Positions 25,164-38,289 of a DNA stretch of 64,000 bases are shown here, in pieces; the stretch's first letter is position 1; every line of letters starts with the position of its first letter. This DNA comes from Sphyrna mokarran. Its lineage: Eukaryota. Made by a program: the position numbers and the translations under genes. The stretch lies in the NCBI GenBank assembly GCA_024679065.1, contig JAGIQG010000016.1, forward strand, positions 2,790,001 to 2,854,000, written 5' to 3'. The notes beneath the pieces were generated by a model. It searched no databases. It worked only from the letters and a program-made list of their open reading frames with translations, and was not told the DNA's origin.

Positions 25164-25945
25164 AAGAACAAAGAACAAAAAACAACACAGCACTGGAAAC
25201 AGGCCCTTTGGCCTAACGAGCCCGCGCCGCCATTTTCACAGCGTGAGTTCCCTCTACCACCCATGACCCTTGTCTATGCTGATGGAAATCCACATTGGAA
25301 ACCAGATTGAGTGGAAAATTTAGGGACAATTTGTTTCACCAATCAGCCTAAGAGACATCTTTGGGGTTGTGGGAGTAAACTGGAGCACCCAGAGAAAACC
25401 CACGCAAGCACAGGGAGAATGTGCAAACTCTCACAGATATTGGCCCAAATCCATATCTGCACAGCAAACAGTGAGAGTCACTGAGCTCTTGTGTTGCCCA
25501 TCAACTGGTCCAGTTTAAGCGTATACTAACAACATGAAGCACTAGGCAACTCTCAAAGCAACATCCAAGAGCAGCCCTTGCATGACCCATCGCGTGTATG
25601 CCCCTTGTTGGACAACAAGGTGAATCCAAGCACCTGTGGATTAAAAGAGAAACCCATCAATAACATGCACATCTTATACACATATTCAAGGAATCCCCAG
25701 AAGCTCAAAAGTAAAACAAATCAGCCAAAAAAATATGTTGGAAGGTCCACAGGAATCAGTTGATTCCCAGGAACGTCCCAAGGCTCTTGATCCCTATTTA
25801 AAACAGTCTCCTATATCCCTCCATCTCTATTCTGCTCACGTACCTAACTAAGTATTCTTTAAGCAACTCCAGCGTACCTGCCTCCACCACCTTATTTGGC
25901 AGTGCATTCCATACCCCCACAACCCTCTGTGTGAAAAAACTCCCA
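25164..25945 (-). mobile_element. CR1 3' end whose 3' UTR contains a V-SINE core (copy 1)
   Basis: ORF2 end (…WNALP…) then 3' UTR with a V-domain near 25330-25435 and a (ttctttg) tail; colinear with 62098-63070. Confidence 0.7.
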
Positions 25946-25992
25946 CCACCCCTCGCCCATTTATCTAAAAGGATCCATTCTCTGTGTGTTAA

Positions 25993-26978
25993 ATTTCACA
26001 GATAAACACACAATATTCCCTGCTGAAATTATTGCAGGAGAGTGTGTGAACATAAACTGCACCTGTCGTGGTTCCCCAGGACGACAATATACTTTTAGCT
26101 TATTAAATGAGAGTCTGAGTCTTGGTTTTCCAGGTAGTAAGACTTTATTCTCCAGCACACGAGAACAAAGCCGGGATGTCCGGAACACTCCAGTGAAATG
26201 CTCACTTACAGCTTGTCTTATACAATTTGCAGATACATGCCTTGAGATTCTTATCTCATTCTCAAAGTTAGCTTATCTTTAACCACCATTAGTGCTGGTT
26301 CTGCTAATAATTTATCTTGTCGTGGATTGGTCACTAATCGATGCATTTACGACTCTGTAAAACCAGTTTGTTTATACAACAGTTCTGACCGTTGCCCTCA
26401 CCCCATTAACGTTGTTTATACACAATGGTGGCTTAGCTAGACTTTAAACTAAGTGACAAAGAGAATATATGTACCCCATCCCTGTTTTCTAGGCCATAGT
26501 GTGACCATTGTTTCTCAAGGTTTAACTGCCTACAGCTGCTTACACTCAATGTTTAATAAATGCTTACCATTCCTGATTCTATCACACTAGCCACCATACA
26601 TTCAATTACATTAAATAACATACTGGGCTCATTATATTTCAACATCTTGCCCATCACATGTTGGTGAGACTATATTTCGCATTCTACTGCTACTACTACA
26701 GATATTCTCTTACATTCATGATACTGTTGCTACTACAAATATTCTCTTACACACCTTCAACACAACGTGCAATGGAAAAGCACTTGATTTAACCGGGGAC
26801 ACTCCCACTAACATACCTGGATCAGTCTCAAACACTGTAACTCAGCATGGTGTCACTCTGACCTACACTTCTGTTCTGACCCTGATCCCATCACTCAAAC
26901 ACTATGGACACAATCTCACCTGAAGAGTGAAATATCCATCTGTTTCATCAGAGCGGATCCTCAGACTGACTGTGCCAT
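25993..26978 (+). pseudogene. Siglec-like C2-set exon, disrupted by a solo LTR, a TGA replacing the F-strand Cys and W>G
   Basis: FTDKHTIFPAEIIAGECVNINCT (25995-26063) resumes after the insertion as TFNTTCNGKALDLTGDTPTNIPGSVSNTVTQHGVTLTYTSVLTLIPSLKHYGHNLT*RVKYPSVSSERILRLTVP. TGA at 26921-26923; phase-1 donor T|gtaaat at 26978. Confidence 0.85.
26064..26751 (-). mobile_element. Solo LTR (688 bp) with 4-bp TSD CACC
   Basis: TGT…ACA termini; CACC at 26060-26063 and 26752-26755; removal restores the exon reading frame; AATAAA on the minus strand near 26145. Confidence 0.8.
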
Positions 26979-27009
26979 GTAAATACAGGCTTTCTTTGTC
27001 ATACATTAC

Positions 27010-28950
27010 AGATCCCTTTGTACTGACCTTCTGACACTACAGCACTCCCTCAGTACCGACCCTCTGACATGCGGCACTCCCTCAGCACTGACCCTCTGAC
27101 AGTGCGGCACTCCCTCAGCACTGACCCTCTGACAGTGCGGCACTCCCTCAGCACTGACCCTCTGACAGTGCGGCACTCCCTCAGCACTGACCCTCTGACA
27201 GTGCGGCACTCCCTCAGCACTGACCCTCTGACAGTGCGGCACTCCCTCAGTACTGACCCTCTGACAGTGCGGCACTCCCTCAGCACTGACCCTCTGACAG
27301 TGCGGCACTCCCTCAGCACTGACTTTCTGACAGTGCGGCACTCCCTCAGCACTGACCCTCTGACAGTGCGGCACTCCCTCAGCACTGACCCTCTGACAGT
27401 GCGGCGCCCCTCAGTACCGACCCTCTGACATGCGGCACTCCCTCAGCACTGACCCTCTGACAGTGCGGCACTCCCTCAGCACTGACCCTCTGACAGTGCG
27501 GACACTCCCTCAGCACTGACCCTCTGACAGTGCGGCACTCCCTCAGTACTGACCCTCTGACAGTGCGGCACTCCCTCAGCACTGACCCTCTGACAGTGCG
27601 GCACTCCCTCAGCACTGACTTTCTGACAGTGCGGCACTCCCTCAGCACTGACCCTCTGACAGTGCGGCACTCCCTCAGCACTGACCCTCTGACAGTGCGG
27701 CACTCCCTCAGCACTGACCCTCTGACAGTGCGGCACTCCCTCAGCACTGACCCTCTGACAGTGCGGCACTCCCTCAGCACTGACCCTCTGACAGTGCGGC
27801 ACTCCCTCAGCACTGACCCTCTGACAGTGCGGCACTCCCTCAGCACTGACCCTCTGACAGCGCGGCACTCCCTCAGCACTGACCCTCTGACAGTGCGGCA
27901 CTCCCTCAGTACCGACCCTCACACAGTGCAGCACTCCATCAGCACTGACCCTCTGACAGTGTGGCACTCCCTCAGAACTGACCCTCTGATAGTGCAGCAC
28001 TCCCTCAGCACTGACCCTCTGACAGCGCGGCACTCCCTCAGCACTGACCCTCTGACAGTGCGGCACTCCCTCAGCACTGACCCTCTGACAGTGCGGCACT
28101 CCCTCAGCATGACCCTCTGACAGTGTGGCACTCCCTCAGCACTGACCTCTGACAGTGTGGCACTCCCTGAGCACTGACCCTCTGACAGTGCAGCACTCCC
28201 TCAGCACTGACCCTCTGACAGTGCGGCACTCCCTCAGCACTGACCCTCTGACAGTGCGGCACTCCCTCAGTACTGACTTTCTGACAGTGCGGCACTCCCT
28301 CAGCAGTAACCCTGTGACAGTACAGCACTCCCTCAGTCCGACCCTCTCACAGTGTGGCACTCCCTCAGCACTGGACCCTCTGACAGTGCAAGCAACTCCC
28401 TCAGCAACTGACCCTCTGACAGGGGCACTCCCTCCAGCCTGAACCTCTGACAAGCCGCACTTCCTCAGTCGACCCTCTCACAGGCAGCACTCCCCCAGTT
28501 ACTGACTCTCTGACAGTGCGGGCACTCCCTCAGCAATGACCCTCTGACAGTGCGGCACTCCCCAGCACTGACTCTGAGAACTGCAGCACTCCCTCAGCAC
28601 ATGAAACCTCTGACAGTGCAAGCAACTCCCTCAGTACTGACCCCCTGGACAGTGCGGCCTCCTCAGCACCGCCCTCTGACAGTGCGCACTCCCCCCGCAC
28701 TGGACCCTGATAGTGCGGCACTCCTCAGCACTGACCCTCTGAACAGTGCGGCACTCCTCAGCAATGACCTCTGACAGTGCGGCAATCCCTCAGCATGGAC
28801 CCTTGAAGTGCGGCATTCCCTCAGGCACTGACCCTCTGACAGTGCGGGCACTCTCCGCAGCAATGGACCCTCGACCAGTGCGGGCTCCTCAGCACTGACC
28901 TCGGACAGTGGCGGCACTCCTCAGCCTTGACCTTCGACAGTGCAGCATTC
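27010..28950. repeat. 33-bp minisatellite array 3 (~58 units)
   Basis: Starts ~30 bp after the C2 exon donor; homogeneous to ~28300, indel-rich beyond; followed by a Deu-SINE-like head in reverse (~28985-29080). Confidence 0.95.
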
Positions 28951-29300
28951 CCTCTGTAGTACCCTTTGACAGGCCAAACTCTTTCAATACTGGCCTGAGT
29001 GTCTATCTGGATTTCTTGCTCTGTGGTGCTGGATCCTACATTGATATCAGACATTTCACCTTCTCAGGGTCTCAGCGACAATGTCAGATAACTGATCTTT
29101 ATCACAGTATTACTGCAAAAAGGGACATGTCATCTCATGTTTTTATCCTGTACACAGCACCGTCCATCGGAATGCCTCTATCACTTGCCAACCAATCAGG
29201 CCTCTGTTTTAATGAAGTATAAATTGTTGACCTCTTTTACCATTGGTAACCTTGTGATCTGTTCTGATGTGTCCTGTTTTTACATCTTAATGTCATTAGG

Positions 29301-29423
29301 AATAGAACAAATTCCAACAATCAGCTACGGTTAGTGATTTCTCATGTTACATCCAGAGTCACTGGAAACTATCAGTGTGAGGCAGAGAATAACGTGGAGC
29401 AGTGGAGGTGTCCATAATCACAG
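29301..29423 (+). pseudogene. Remnant of a further Ig C2/I-set exon of the Siglec-like pseudogene
   Basis: NRTNSNNQLRLVISHVTSRVTGNYQCEAENN then a frameshift into GAVEVSII. Contains the GxYxCxAxN motif; the 5' half is missing. Confidence 0.65.
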
Positions 29424-29681
29424 ATACAAATACAGACACACTTACAGAAGTACCATACAGAACCTGCCTCAGGCTTGCGTGAGGTGTTGGCCATGAATTT
29501 AAATTTTTTGTTCCCATTATTATGGAGGAATATGGAGCTTTCAAAGTTTATTACATGTTTTTACAAGCACAAAGATATTTACATAAGCTCTCTCTCCTCC
29601 TTTAAGAAACATCTGAAAACTTAACTTTAACAACTCACCTGTCAAAACCAGTCCTTGTGTAGTTCAGTATCAAAATGGTTT

Positions 29682-29930
29682 TTGATTTGATTTATTATTG
29701 TCACATGTATTAGTATACAGTGAAAAGTATTGTTTCTTCTGCACTCTACAGACAAAACATACTGTTCATAGAGAAGGAAAGGAGAGAGTGCAGAATGTAG
29801 TGTTACAATCATCGCTAGGGTGCAGAGAAAGATAAACTTAGTGCAAGGTAAGCCCACTCAAAAGTCTGATGGCAGCAGAGAAGAGGCTGTTCTTGAGTCG
29901 GTTGATATGTGACCTCAGACTTGGTACCTG
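29682..29930 (-). mobile_element. Rex1/Babar-like 3' end
   Basis: Reverse complement of the 3' UTR and tail seen at 12950-13200. Confidence 0.75.
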
Positions 29931-31057
29931 ACTTCAGACTAGTTTGTGTGCATCTTAAAGTAAATTAGAGACATGGAGTGTTTTATGGAGGGGATTCCGC
30001 TTTCTGAAATTAATGATTAACACGATGTTCAACTTTTCCCATTATGTCCTTACACAGGCAGGTTGAACTGCCTGTGTAAATGTCACATTGTATTTACACT
30101 CTCCTACCCAGTGGTGGTACTGGAGCACTTCTTGTGTCTCTCAGTTTCTCAACCTGTATCAAGCTTAAACCCAACTCTACGGCCTAATTTGTTACACATT
30201 CTGTTAAATCATTGGAAATAAGCTATTTTTTTCAATAGCAATAGATTTGATCAATCAATCTATTGAAACATTCATCAGTGCTACCTGAAGAGTTTACATT
30301 CTCCATGATATAGAAATAGACTGGATGTTAGGAATTTGATATTTTCCCAGAGCATCAGGATCTTCTGAAATGTGCTGTCAGCTGGTGTGATGGCTGCTGA
30401 ATCTCTGTGGCCTTCAAGAGGGATCTAGAGTGGTTCGTGACTCGAGGACAGAACAAGGAAGCATAGAATGATACAGCATAGGAAGAGTCATTTGACCCAT
30501 CAAACCTGTCCTAGCTCTCTTTGAAAGATCAAATTATAAAAATGCTGTAATGGAAAGGGGTAAGGATCGTGTAGAAGTTCTGTGCCTGAATTGGGAGAAG
30601 CTCAATTTCAATACTGTTAGATTAGATCTGGCAAACATAGACTGGAAGCAGCTACTTGTAGATGATTCCACATTTGGAAAGTTGGAGTTTTTTAAAAGTG
30701 AAATAAAGACTTCAAGGCCAATATATTCCTCTACTACTAGCTGGGTTAGCCACATTCCTGAACACAATTAGTTGGAAAAAATCATAAACTGGTGTACAAC
30801 AGCAGAGGCAGCTGCTTCTCTTATCTGTCTTGGATACATGAAAACAAGTCTTATAACACTCTTCACAAATCTCTTAGTGTTACAAAGTTCATTATCCCTT
30901 CTTCATTGGTCCTGGAGTTTCATCTCTGAATTACATAACATTTCCAGACTGAAACAGGCCATCTGTTCCATGTCAGTGTTCCTGCTTCACAAAGGTCTCC
31001 CCCCTTCATTTCACTCACATCACCATATCATTCCATTTGTTTCTCCCACTTGTATTC

Positions 31058-31595
31058 AACCCACATTCTCCCCATAGGAGTGAGTCCCATATTCTCCCCA
31101 TTCCCTCTGGGAGTCAGTCCCACATTCTCCTCATTCCCTGTGGGAACAAGTCCCTCATTCTCCCCATCTCCTGAGACAGTGAGCTCCGCATTCTCTCTAC
31201 TCTCAGTAGGAGTGAGTCCCACATTCTCCCCACTCCTTGGGAGAGTGAATTCCCTATTCTTCCCACTTTCTGTGGGAGCCAGTCTCACCTTCTCCCCACT
31301 CCCTGTGAGATTGAATCCCACTTCTCCCCACTCTCTGTGGGAGTGAATCCCACTTCTCCCCACTCTCTGTGGGAGTGAATTCCACTTCTCCTCACTCCCT
31401 GTGGGACAGAGTCCCATGTTCTCCCCACTCTCTGCAGGAGCGAATCCCACATTCTCCCCACTCCCTGTGGGAGTGAATCCCACTTCTCCTCACTCCTTGT
31501 GGGAGCCAGTCCCACCTTCTCCCCACTCGCTGTAGGAGTGTGTCCCACCTTCTCCCCACTCCCTGTGGGAGTAGGTCCCACGTTCTCCCCACTTT
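31058..31595. repeat. 32-33-bp minisatellite (cccacattctccccactccctgtgggagtgaat)n
   Basis: About 16 tandem units, each with a cccac…gtggg inverted pair; unrelated in sequence to the other 33-mer. Confidence 0.85.
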
Positions 31596-31993
31596 CTGGG
31601 TAAAGTTAGGAACAATTTATTAAATGAGAAAGGTAAATTCACAGTGGGGGGTTCCGTCGCAATCCTGTGTAATTTGCACATGTGGATTTCCAACTTGCTG
31701 TAAATATTTGTAGACATTTCTACAACGTAATCCTGTACACAGCAACGAAGAGAAACATAGAACAAGGAGTCAGATAGAGCACTTCTCCACTCTCACATTG
31801 ATCCACACTGAGGCGAAAGTTCAGACTGTCCACTCTCAGAATGTTTCCATGAAAACATTCCTGATCCATTTAATCCCAGAGGATGGATCAATATTACAGC
31901 AAACAAGGCAGTGATATGAAGCTTAATGGTTTAGCCAGAGTGAGAGATTGAAAGTGGAGCGTAAGTGATGGTTTCTTTCTGTGTGTTTTTTAG

Positions 31994-32133
31994 ACAATGG
32001 AGAAGAAACTCTGAACGTGATGCTGATTCTGGGAATGCGAGCTGTGATATTTACTGTGGGTGTCGTTATCACTATCGCTGGGGTTTGTGCCTGGGAGCGA
32101 CAAACAGTGAAAGGAAGTGGACAGAATGTTTGA
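31994..32133 (+). pseudogene. Transmembrane plus short-tail exon with intramembrane Arg (activating-receptor type)
   Basis: Acceptor gtgttttttag|AC; (D)NGEETLNVMLILGMRAVIFTVGVVITIAGVCAWERQTVKGSGQNV*. CGA Arg at 32038-32040; no Tyr motif. This exon itself is intact. Confidence 0.7.
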
Positions 32134-32219
32134 AGCTTTGTACAGTAACAACATCTGTCAGTCAAGACAAGTAACTGTGTTTAAGTTGCAATGAAACCAC
32201 TCAGTGCTCCTGGTTAGAA

Positions 32220-32810
32220 TCATTTCAGAATCAAAGTGATTCTAACCTGGCAGCGGAGGAGGCCATTTCACCCACCTAGTCCATACTATCGCTCTACATC
32301 AATCCAGTCAGTTCCATTGCCCCCGTTCTATCCCCTTATCTGAAAATTTATTTCCCTTGAGTTTCCACCCAATTTCTTTTTGAAATCATTCATCATTTCT
32401 GCTTCCACCCGTCTCGTGGGCAGTAGGTACCAGGTCATGACCACTCATTGGGTGAACTATCCCCTTCCACTTCCCAAAACCTAAATATGTGCATGCCCCA
32501 CACCCTGCCCCACCTCAGTCCTTGTTCCATCAGCTGACGACAACACGTCTTCATTATCTATCTTATCTAAATCTGTCACCATCTGGTACACCTCAATCAA
32601 ATCTCCCCTCAATCTCCTTCACTCCAAGGAGAATTACTCCGGCTTCTCCAATCTGAATGAGGTGGGTAAAATCCCCTTATCCCTGGACCTATTCTGGTAA
32701 ACCTCCCTCTGCGCCCCCTCAAGGACTCTGCCATCCTTCCCAAAGTGTGGGGGCCAGAACTCAACAATGTTCAGCATAACATCCCTGCTTTTTGTGCTCA
32801 GTCCCTCTAT
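32220..32810 (-). mobile_element. Old CR1 3' fragment
   Basis: EFWPPHFGKD…LEGAQR motif. Confidence 0.6.
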
Positions 32811-33207
32811 TTCTGAAAATCTTATTCTTTCCATCAGCATAAACTGCAATTTACAAGCAGAATGTCATCAGCAGACAGAGAGTAATGGAACATCAGATGT
32901 ATGCTTCTTAATGTACAAAGAGGAACCTAGAACCAGAGATTCTCCTTCTTTCCCTCAGCAAGCTGAAACTTTTCCTTATTCTTGCTGCTCTCCAGTCCTG
33001 CTGTGTAGACACATCATAACTAAGACATTGTCTCACTGTGTGCAGCCAACATGGTCAAATAGTAATCAATAGGAATGTCGCTCAGCTTCATAATAAGATC
33101 AGAACGTGCTTTCAGAATGCTGCACCTTTCTCATGCTGGTTTAGATTTTCAGAAGCATATGGGTTATGAATAATATTACATTTATTAGTGATTAAAATGC
33201 TCAGCCT

Positions 33208-34150
33208 GTTTTGTATGAGGGTATCTGGATGAGGGTATTGAAGGATGGATTAGTAAATTTGCAGATGACACCAAAGTCGGAGGAGTGGTAGATAGTGAAG
33301 AGGGGTGTTATAGTTTGCAGAGAGACTTGGACAAGTTGCAGAGCTGGGCCGAGGGGTGGCAAATGGAGTTTAATGCGGAAAAGTGTGAGGTAATTCACTT
33401 TAGCAGGAATAACAAATGTGTAGAGTATAGGGCTAATGGTAGAACTCTTAATAGTGTTGATGAACAGAGGGATCTTTGTGTATATATGCATAGATCCCTG
33501 AAAGCTGGCAATCAAGTCGATAAGGTTGTTGAGAAGGCATATGGAGTCTTAGCTTTTATTGGTAGGGGGGATTGAATTTCGGAGCCGCAACGTCATGTTG
33601 CAACTGTACAAAACTCTAGTGCGTCTGCACTTGGAGTATTGTGTACAGTTCTGGTCCCGCATTATAAGAAAGATGTGGAGGCATTGGAGAGGATACAGAG
33701 GAGGTTTACCAGGATGTTGCCTGGTATGGAGGGCAGGTCTTATGAGGAGAGGCTGAGGGATTTGAAGTTGTTTTTGTTAGAAAGAAGGCGGCTAAGAGGA
33801 GACCTTATTGAAACATATAAGATGATTAGAGGTTTAGATAGGGTGGACAGTGATAGCCTTTTTCCTAGGATGGAGAAAGCTAGCACGAGGGGACATAGCT
33901 TTAAATTAAGGGGTGGTAGTTATAGGATGGATGTCAGAGGTAGGTTCTTTACCCAGAGGGTGGTAAGGGTATGGAATGCCCTGCCTGCTGCAGTTGTAGA
34001 TGCGCCAAGTTTGGTGGCGTTTAAGAGGTTAGTGGATAAGTTTATGGATGAAGAGGGAATGGTTTAGGTTGGAGGGTCATTGCTTTTTCTTAATTGGTCG
34101 GCGCAACATCGAAGGCTGAAGGGCCTGTTCTGCGCTGTAATGTTCTATGT
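33208..34150 (+). mobile_element. Young 5'-truncated CR1 (same subfamily as 42677-46990)
   Basis: KFADDTK…RLRGDLIETYKMIRGLDRV…WNALP; nearly identical to the 3' end of the long copy. Confidence 0.9.
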
Positions 34151-34439
34151 ATACCTTCACAGAATAAAACTTATTTTGATGCAAATTCTTGGCTCAAATT
34201 TGTTTTTTCCTGTTGTAGCCAGACAGAATTGCATGCTGGTAAAAGCTGCCAATTCGAGGAGTTGGGGGTCTCTAACCAAATATGGGCACAACAAGGACAG
34301 CCTCAACACCAAAGAGAAGTGAATTAACTGAAGTAATGAGATCTTATCTGATGAGACACACACCAGGAAAGAAGCTGCCTCACTGGAATAATGAGGTTGT
34401 TTCTGCTGAAATGACAGTCACATACCTCCTGATAGTCTT

Positions 34440-36550
34440 GACGGTAAAAACAATAAGAAATCTCACAACATCAGGTTAAAGTCCAACAGCTTTATTTGGT
34501 AGCCCAAACCACAAGCTTTCAGAGTGCTACCCCTTTGTCAAGTGAGTGGGAGATTTTGTTCACAAATAGGGCATATAAAGGCTCAAACTCAATTTACATG
34601 AATAATGATTGGAATGCGAGTCTTTACAGCTAATCAAGTCTTAAAGGTACAGACAATATGAGTGGAGGCAGGGTTAAGCACAGGTTAAAGAAAAGTGTGT
34701 TGTCTCCAGACAGGGCAGTTAATGAGATTTTACAAGTCCAGGCAAATCATGGGGGTTACAGATAGTGTGACATGAACTCAAGATCACAGTTGAGGCTGTC
34801 CTCATGTATGCAGAACTTAGCTATCAGTCTCTGCTCTGTGACTCTGCACTGTTGTGTGTCATGAAGGCCGCCTTCAAGAACACTTATCTGAAGATCAGAG
34901 GCCAAATGCCCATGACCGCTGAAATGTTCCTTAACAGGAAGAGAACAGTCTTGCCTGGTGATTGTCAAGAGGTGTTCATTCATCCAAGGTTGTAGCACCT
35001 GCATGGTCTCCCCAGAGTACTACGGCTTGGGACATCCTTTCCTGCAGCATATCAGGTAGACAACGTTGGCCGAGTTGCAAGAGTATGTACCGTATGCCCG
35101 GTGGATGGTGTTCTCATGTAAGATGATGGCATCCTTGTTCATGATCCAGCATATCTTGCAGAAGTTGCTGTGGCAGGGTTATGTGGTACGGTCACTATTC
35201 TCCTGAAGGCTGGGTAGTTTGCTGTGGACAATGATGTGTTTGAGATTTGCGATAGTTTGAAGGCAAGAAGTGGGGGTGTGGGGATGGCTTTGGCAAGATG
35301 TTTGTTTTCATCAATGACATGTTGAAGGCTCTAGAGAAGATGTTGTAGCTTCTCCTCTCCGGGGAAGTAGCGGATGATGAAGGGTATTCTGTCCACTTTG
35401 TCCTGTGTTTGTCTTCTGAGGAGGTCGGTGCGGTTTTTCGCTGTGGCGCATTGGAATTGTCGATCGATGAGTCAGGCACCATATCCTGTTCTTATGGGGC
35501 CATCTTTCAGTGTCTGGAGATATCTGTTGCGATCCTCCTCATCTGAGCAGATCCTGTGTATATGGAGGGCTTGGCCATAGGGGATGGCTTCTTTAACGTG
35601 TTTAGGGTGTTAGCTAAAGAAGTGGAGCTTGTGGGCTTGTGGTATAGTGAAGTGCTGAGGTGATTGTCCTTAATGGAGATGTGTGTGCCCAAGAATTCAG
35701 AAAGTAGTCCATGGTGAGTCTGATGGTGGGATGGAACTTATTGATGTCATCAAGTAGTTGTTTCAGGGATTGTTCGCCATGAGCCCAAAGGAAGAAAATG
35801 TCATTGATGTATCTAATGTATTGCAGTGGTTGAAGGGCCTGTGCGGTGAAAAAGTCTTGTTCAAACTTGTGCATGAAGATGTTGGCATATTGAGGTGCGA
35901 ATTTGGTCCCCATTACTGTTCAGTGTGTCTGGATGAAGACATTGTGGTCCAAGATGAAGCTAATGAGTTGTAAAATTGCATCTGGAAACTGGTGTTGGCA
36001 TTGATTATTGAGGCAGTTGCGGCAATATCATCATAATGCTGGTGTAGAGGGCCGAGACATCCATTGTGATGAGGAGTGCTCCTGGTTCAACTGCTCCATG
36101 TGTGCTGAGTTTTTGTAAGAAGTCACAACAAAAATTCTTTGTAAAACGGATTTCAGGATGCCCTCGAAGTAGCTGGAGAGGTTCTCACACAGGGTCCTAT
36201 TGCCCAATACGATGGGATGGCCAAATGTGTTTGCCTTGTGTATCTTCAGGAGTCAATAGAGATCTCCAATGTGGAGAGTACGTGGGATGCAATCTTCAGC
36301 GTACCCAGTGGTGATGGGAGAGTCTACTGGGAAGAGGAAGTGGAATACGCATAGATCAGATTCCACTAAAATACTGTGTGAAATGGGGAGAGAAGGTGAG
36401 GCGATGGTTTGAGATTCCAGGGACCACGAGACTAACTAGTGGGGGAGAAAAGGACTGAATGGGTCTGTGATTGGCGAGATCGGGAATGAAATTGTTCTCG
36501 AGTGATAACTTGATGGTGAACCACTGGGGGCAGAGATTCAATCACCTCTC
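34440..36550 (-). mobile_element. Penelope-like element (RT plus GIY-YIG), degenerate
   Basis: MGTKFAPQYANIFM…RYINDIFFLW RT motif; SANVVYLICCRKGCP GIY-YIG region; hammerhead remnant near 34510-34545. Confidence 0.85.
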
Positions 36551-36714
36551 TCTAGTCTTTACCTCTTTGCCTTCTTCTGTATCTTTCACTCTCTTTCTAT
36601 CTTGCTCTGTCCCTCACTGGCCCTCTTTCTGACTGGCTGTTCCTTTCTCTCTCTGCTTCTGTTTGTATCTGTCACATTCTCCCTAACTCTCTCTGTTGCT
36701 GCATCTCTTTGTCT

Positions 36715-38112
36715 CTGATTTGATTATTTGATTATTGTCACATGTATTTGTATACAGTGAAACGTATTCTTTACAGACAAAGCATTCCATTCATAGGGAA
36801 GGAAAGGAGAGAATGCAGAATGTGGTGTTACAGTAACAGCTAGGGGACAGAGAAAGATCAACTTTAATGTAAGGTAAGACCATTCAGAAGTCTGATGGTA
36901 GCAGGGAAGAAGCTGTCCTTGAGTCAGCTGGTACGTGACCTCAGACTTTTGTATCTTTTTCCTAAAAGAAGAAGGCAGAAAAGAGAACGTCCAGGATGTG
37001 TGGGGTCCTTAATTATGCTGGCTGCTTTGCCGAGGCCATGGGACGTATAGACATTGGTAATGGGTTGGAGGTTGGTTTGAGTGATGCTTGGGCTCTAATT
37101 CACAACTCTTTTATAGCTTCCTGCAGTCTTGGACAGAGCAGGAGCCATACCAAGCTGTGATACAACCAGAAAGAATGCTTTTTATCGTGCATCAGTAAAT
37201 GTTGCTGAGGGTCACAGCGGACTTGCCAAGTTTCCTTAATCTTCTGAGAAATTAGAGGTGTTCGTGGGCTTTCTTAACTATAGCTCAATTTCTTAAACTG
37301 TAGTTTCTTAACTATATAATTCAGCATTTGGGGGACTAGGACAGGTTGTTGATGATCTGAACACCTAAAAACTTGAAACTCTCAACCATTTCCACTTTGT
37401 TTCTGTTAACGTAGATAGGAACATGTTCTCCGTTATGCTTCCTGCAGTTGATGACTATCTCCTTTGTTTTGTTGACATTGAGGGAGAGATTATTGTCATT
37501 GCACCAGATCACCAGATTCTCGATCTCTTCTCTGTACCCCGTCTCTTCACTGTTGGAGATCCGACATCTACAGTGGTGTCACCAGCAAATTTGAAAATTG
37601 AATTGCAAGGGAATATAGCCAAGAGTATAGTAGGGGCCTGCGAACACAGCATTGTGAGACACCGGTGTTGAGGACGGTCATGGAGAAGGTGCCCTTATTG
37701 AATGTAATCTATGGGTTGGGAAGTTCAGAATCCAGTTGCAGAGGGAGGAGCCGAGGCCCAGGCCAAGGAGTTTGGGGATGAGTTTCATAGGAATAATGAA
37801 GGAAATAATGAAGGAAGCTGAGCTGCAGTTGACGTAAAGGTAGTCTGACATAGATGTCCTTGTTATCTCAGTTGCATGGTTGAGTGAAGGGTCAGGGAGA
37901 TGGTGTCTGCTGTGGACCTATTGCAGCTATAAGCAAACTGTAGTGGTTCCTGGCAGTTTAGGAGGTTGGAATTAATTCTACGGCTAACCTTTCGAAGCAC
38001 TTCATAATGATGGCTATCAGAGCCACCGGCCGATATGCATTAAGGCACCCTGCTTGGCTTTTCTTTGGTATGGGAATGATGGTCATCTTTTTGAAGCATA
38101 TACGGATCTCAG
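36715..38112 (-). mobile_element. Rex1/Babar-like LINE
   Basis: Reverse complement of the Rex1 RT end and 3' UTR. Confidence 0.75.
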
Positions 38113-38289
38113 GAAATAGAGAATTTGATCTTCAGAATCTAGCAGTAAAAAGTGAACGTCAGTAAAAATTGGTAAAGAGAAAGGGAAAAGTACAGACTGA
38201 GTATAGTGATGAGGATGGTGAAGAACAGCAGCATCACAATCAAAGGACTGCTGCAGATATATTTATCCAGAAACTCAATTTATTTTTGG

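Noticed and set aside
27010-28950. CRISPR array or repeat-protein genes (RECRTVRGSVL / HSLSTDPLTVR ORFs) in the 33-bp arrays
   Set aside because: Head-to-tail units with no unique spacers, no cas genes and a vertebrate context. The long ORFs arise because 33 is a multiple of 3.
30351-30430. Possible second, degenerate TM exon after ttgatattttcccag (EHQDLLK / NVLSAGVMAA)
   Set aside because: The hydrophobic stretch is too short and frameshifted; it cannot be supported without homology search.
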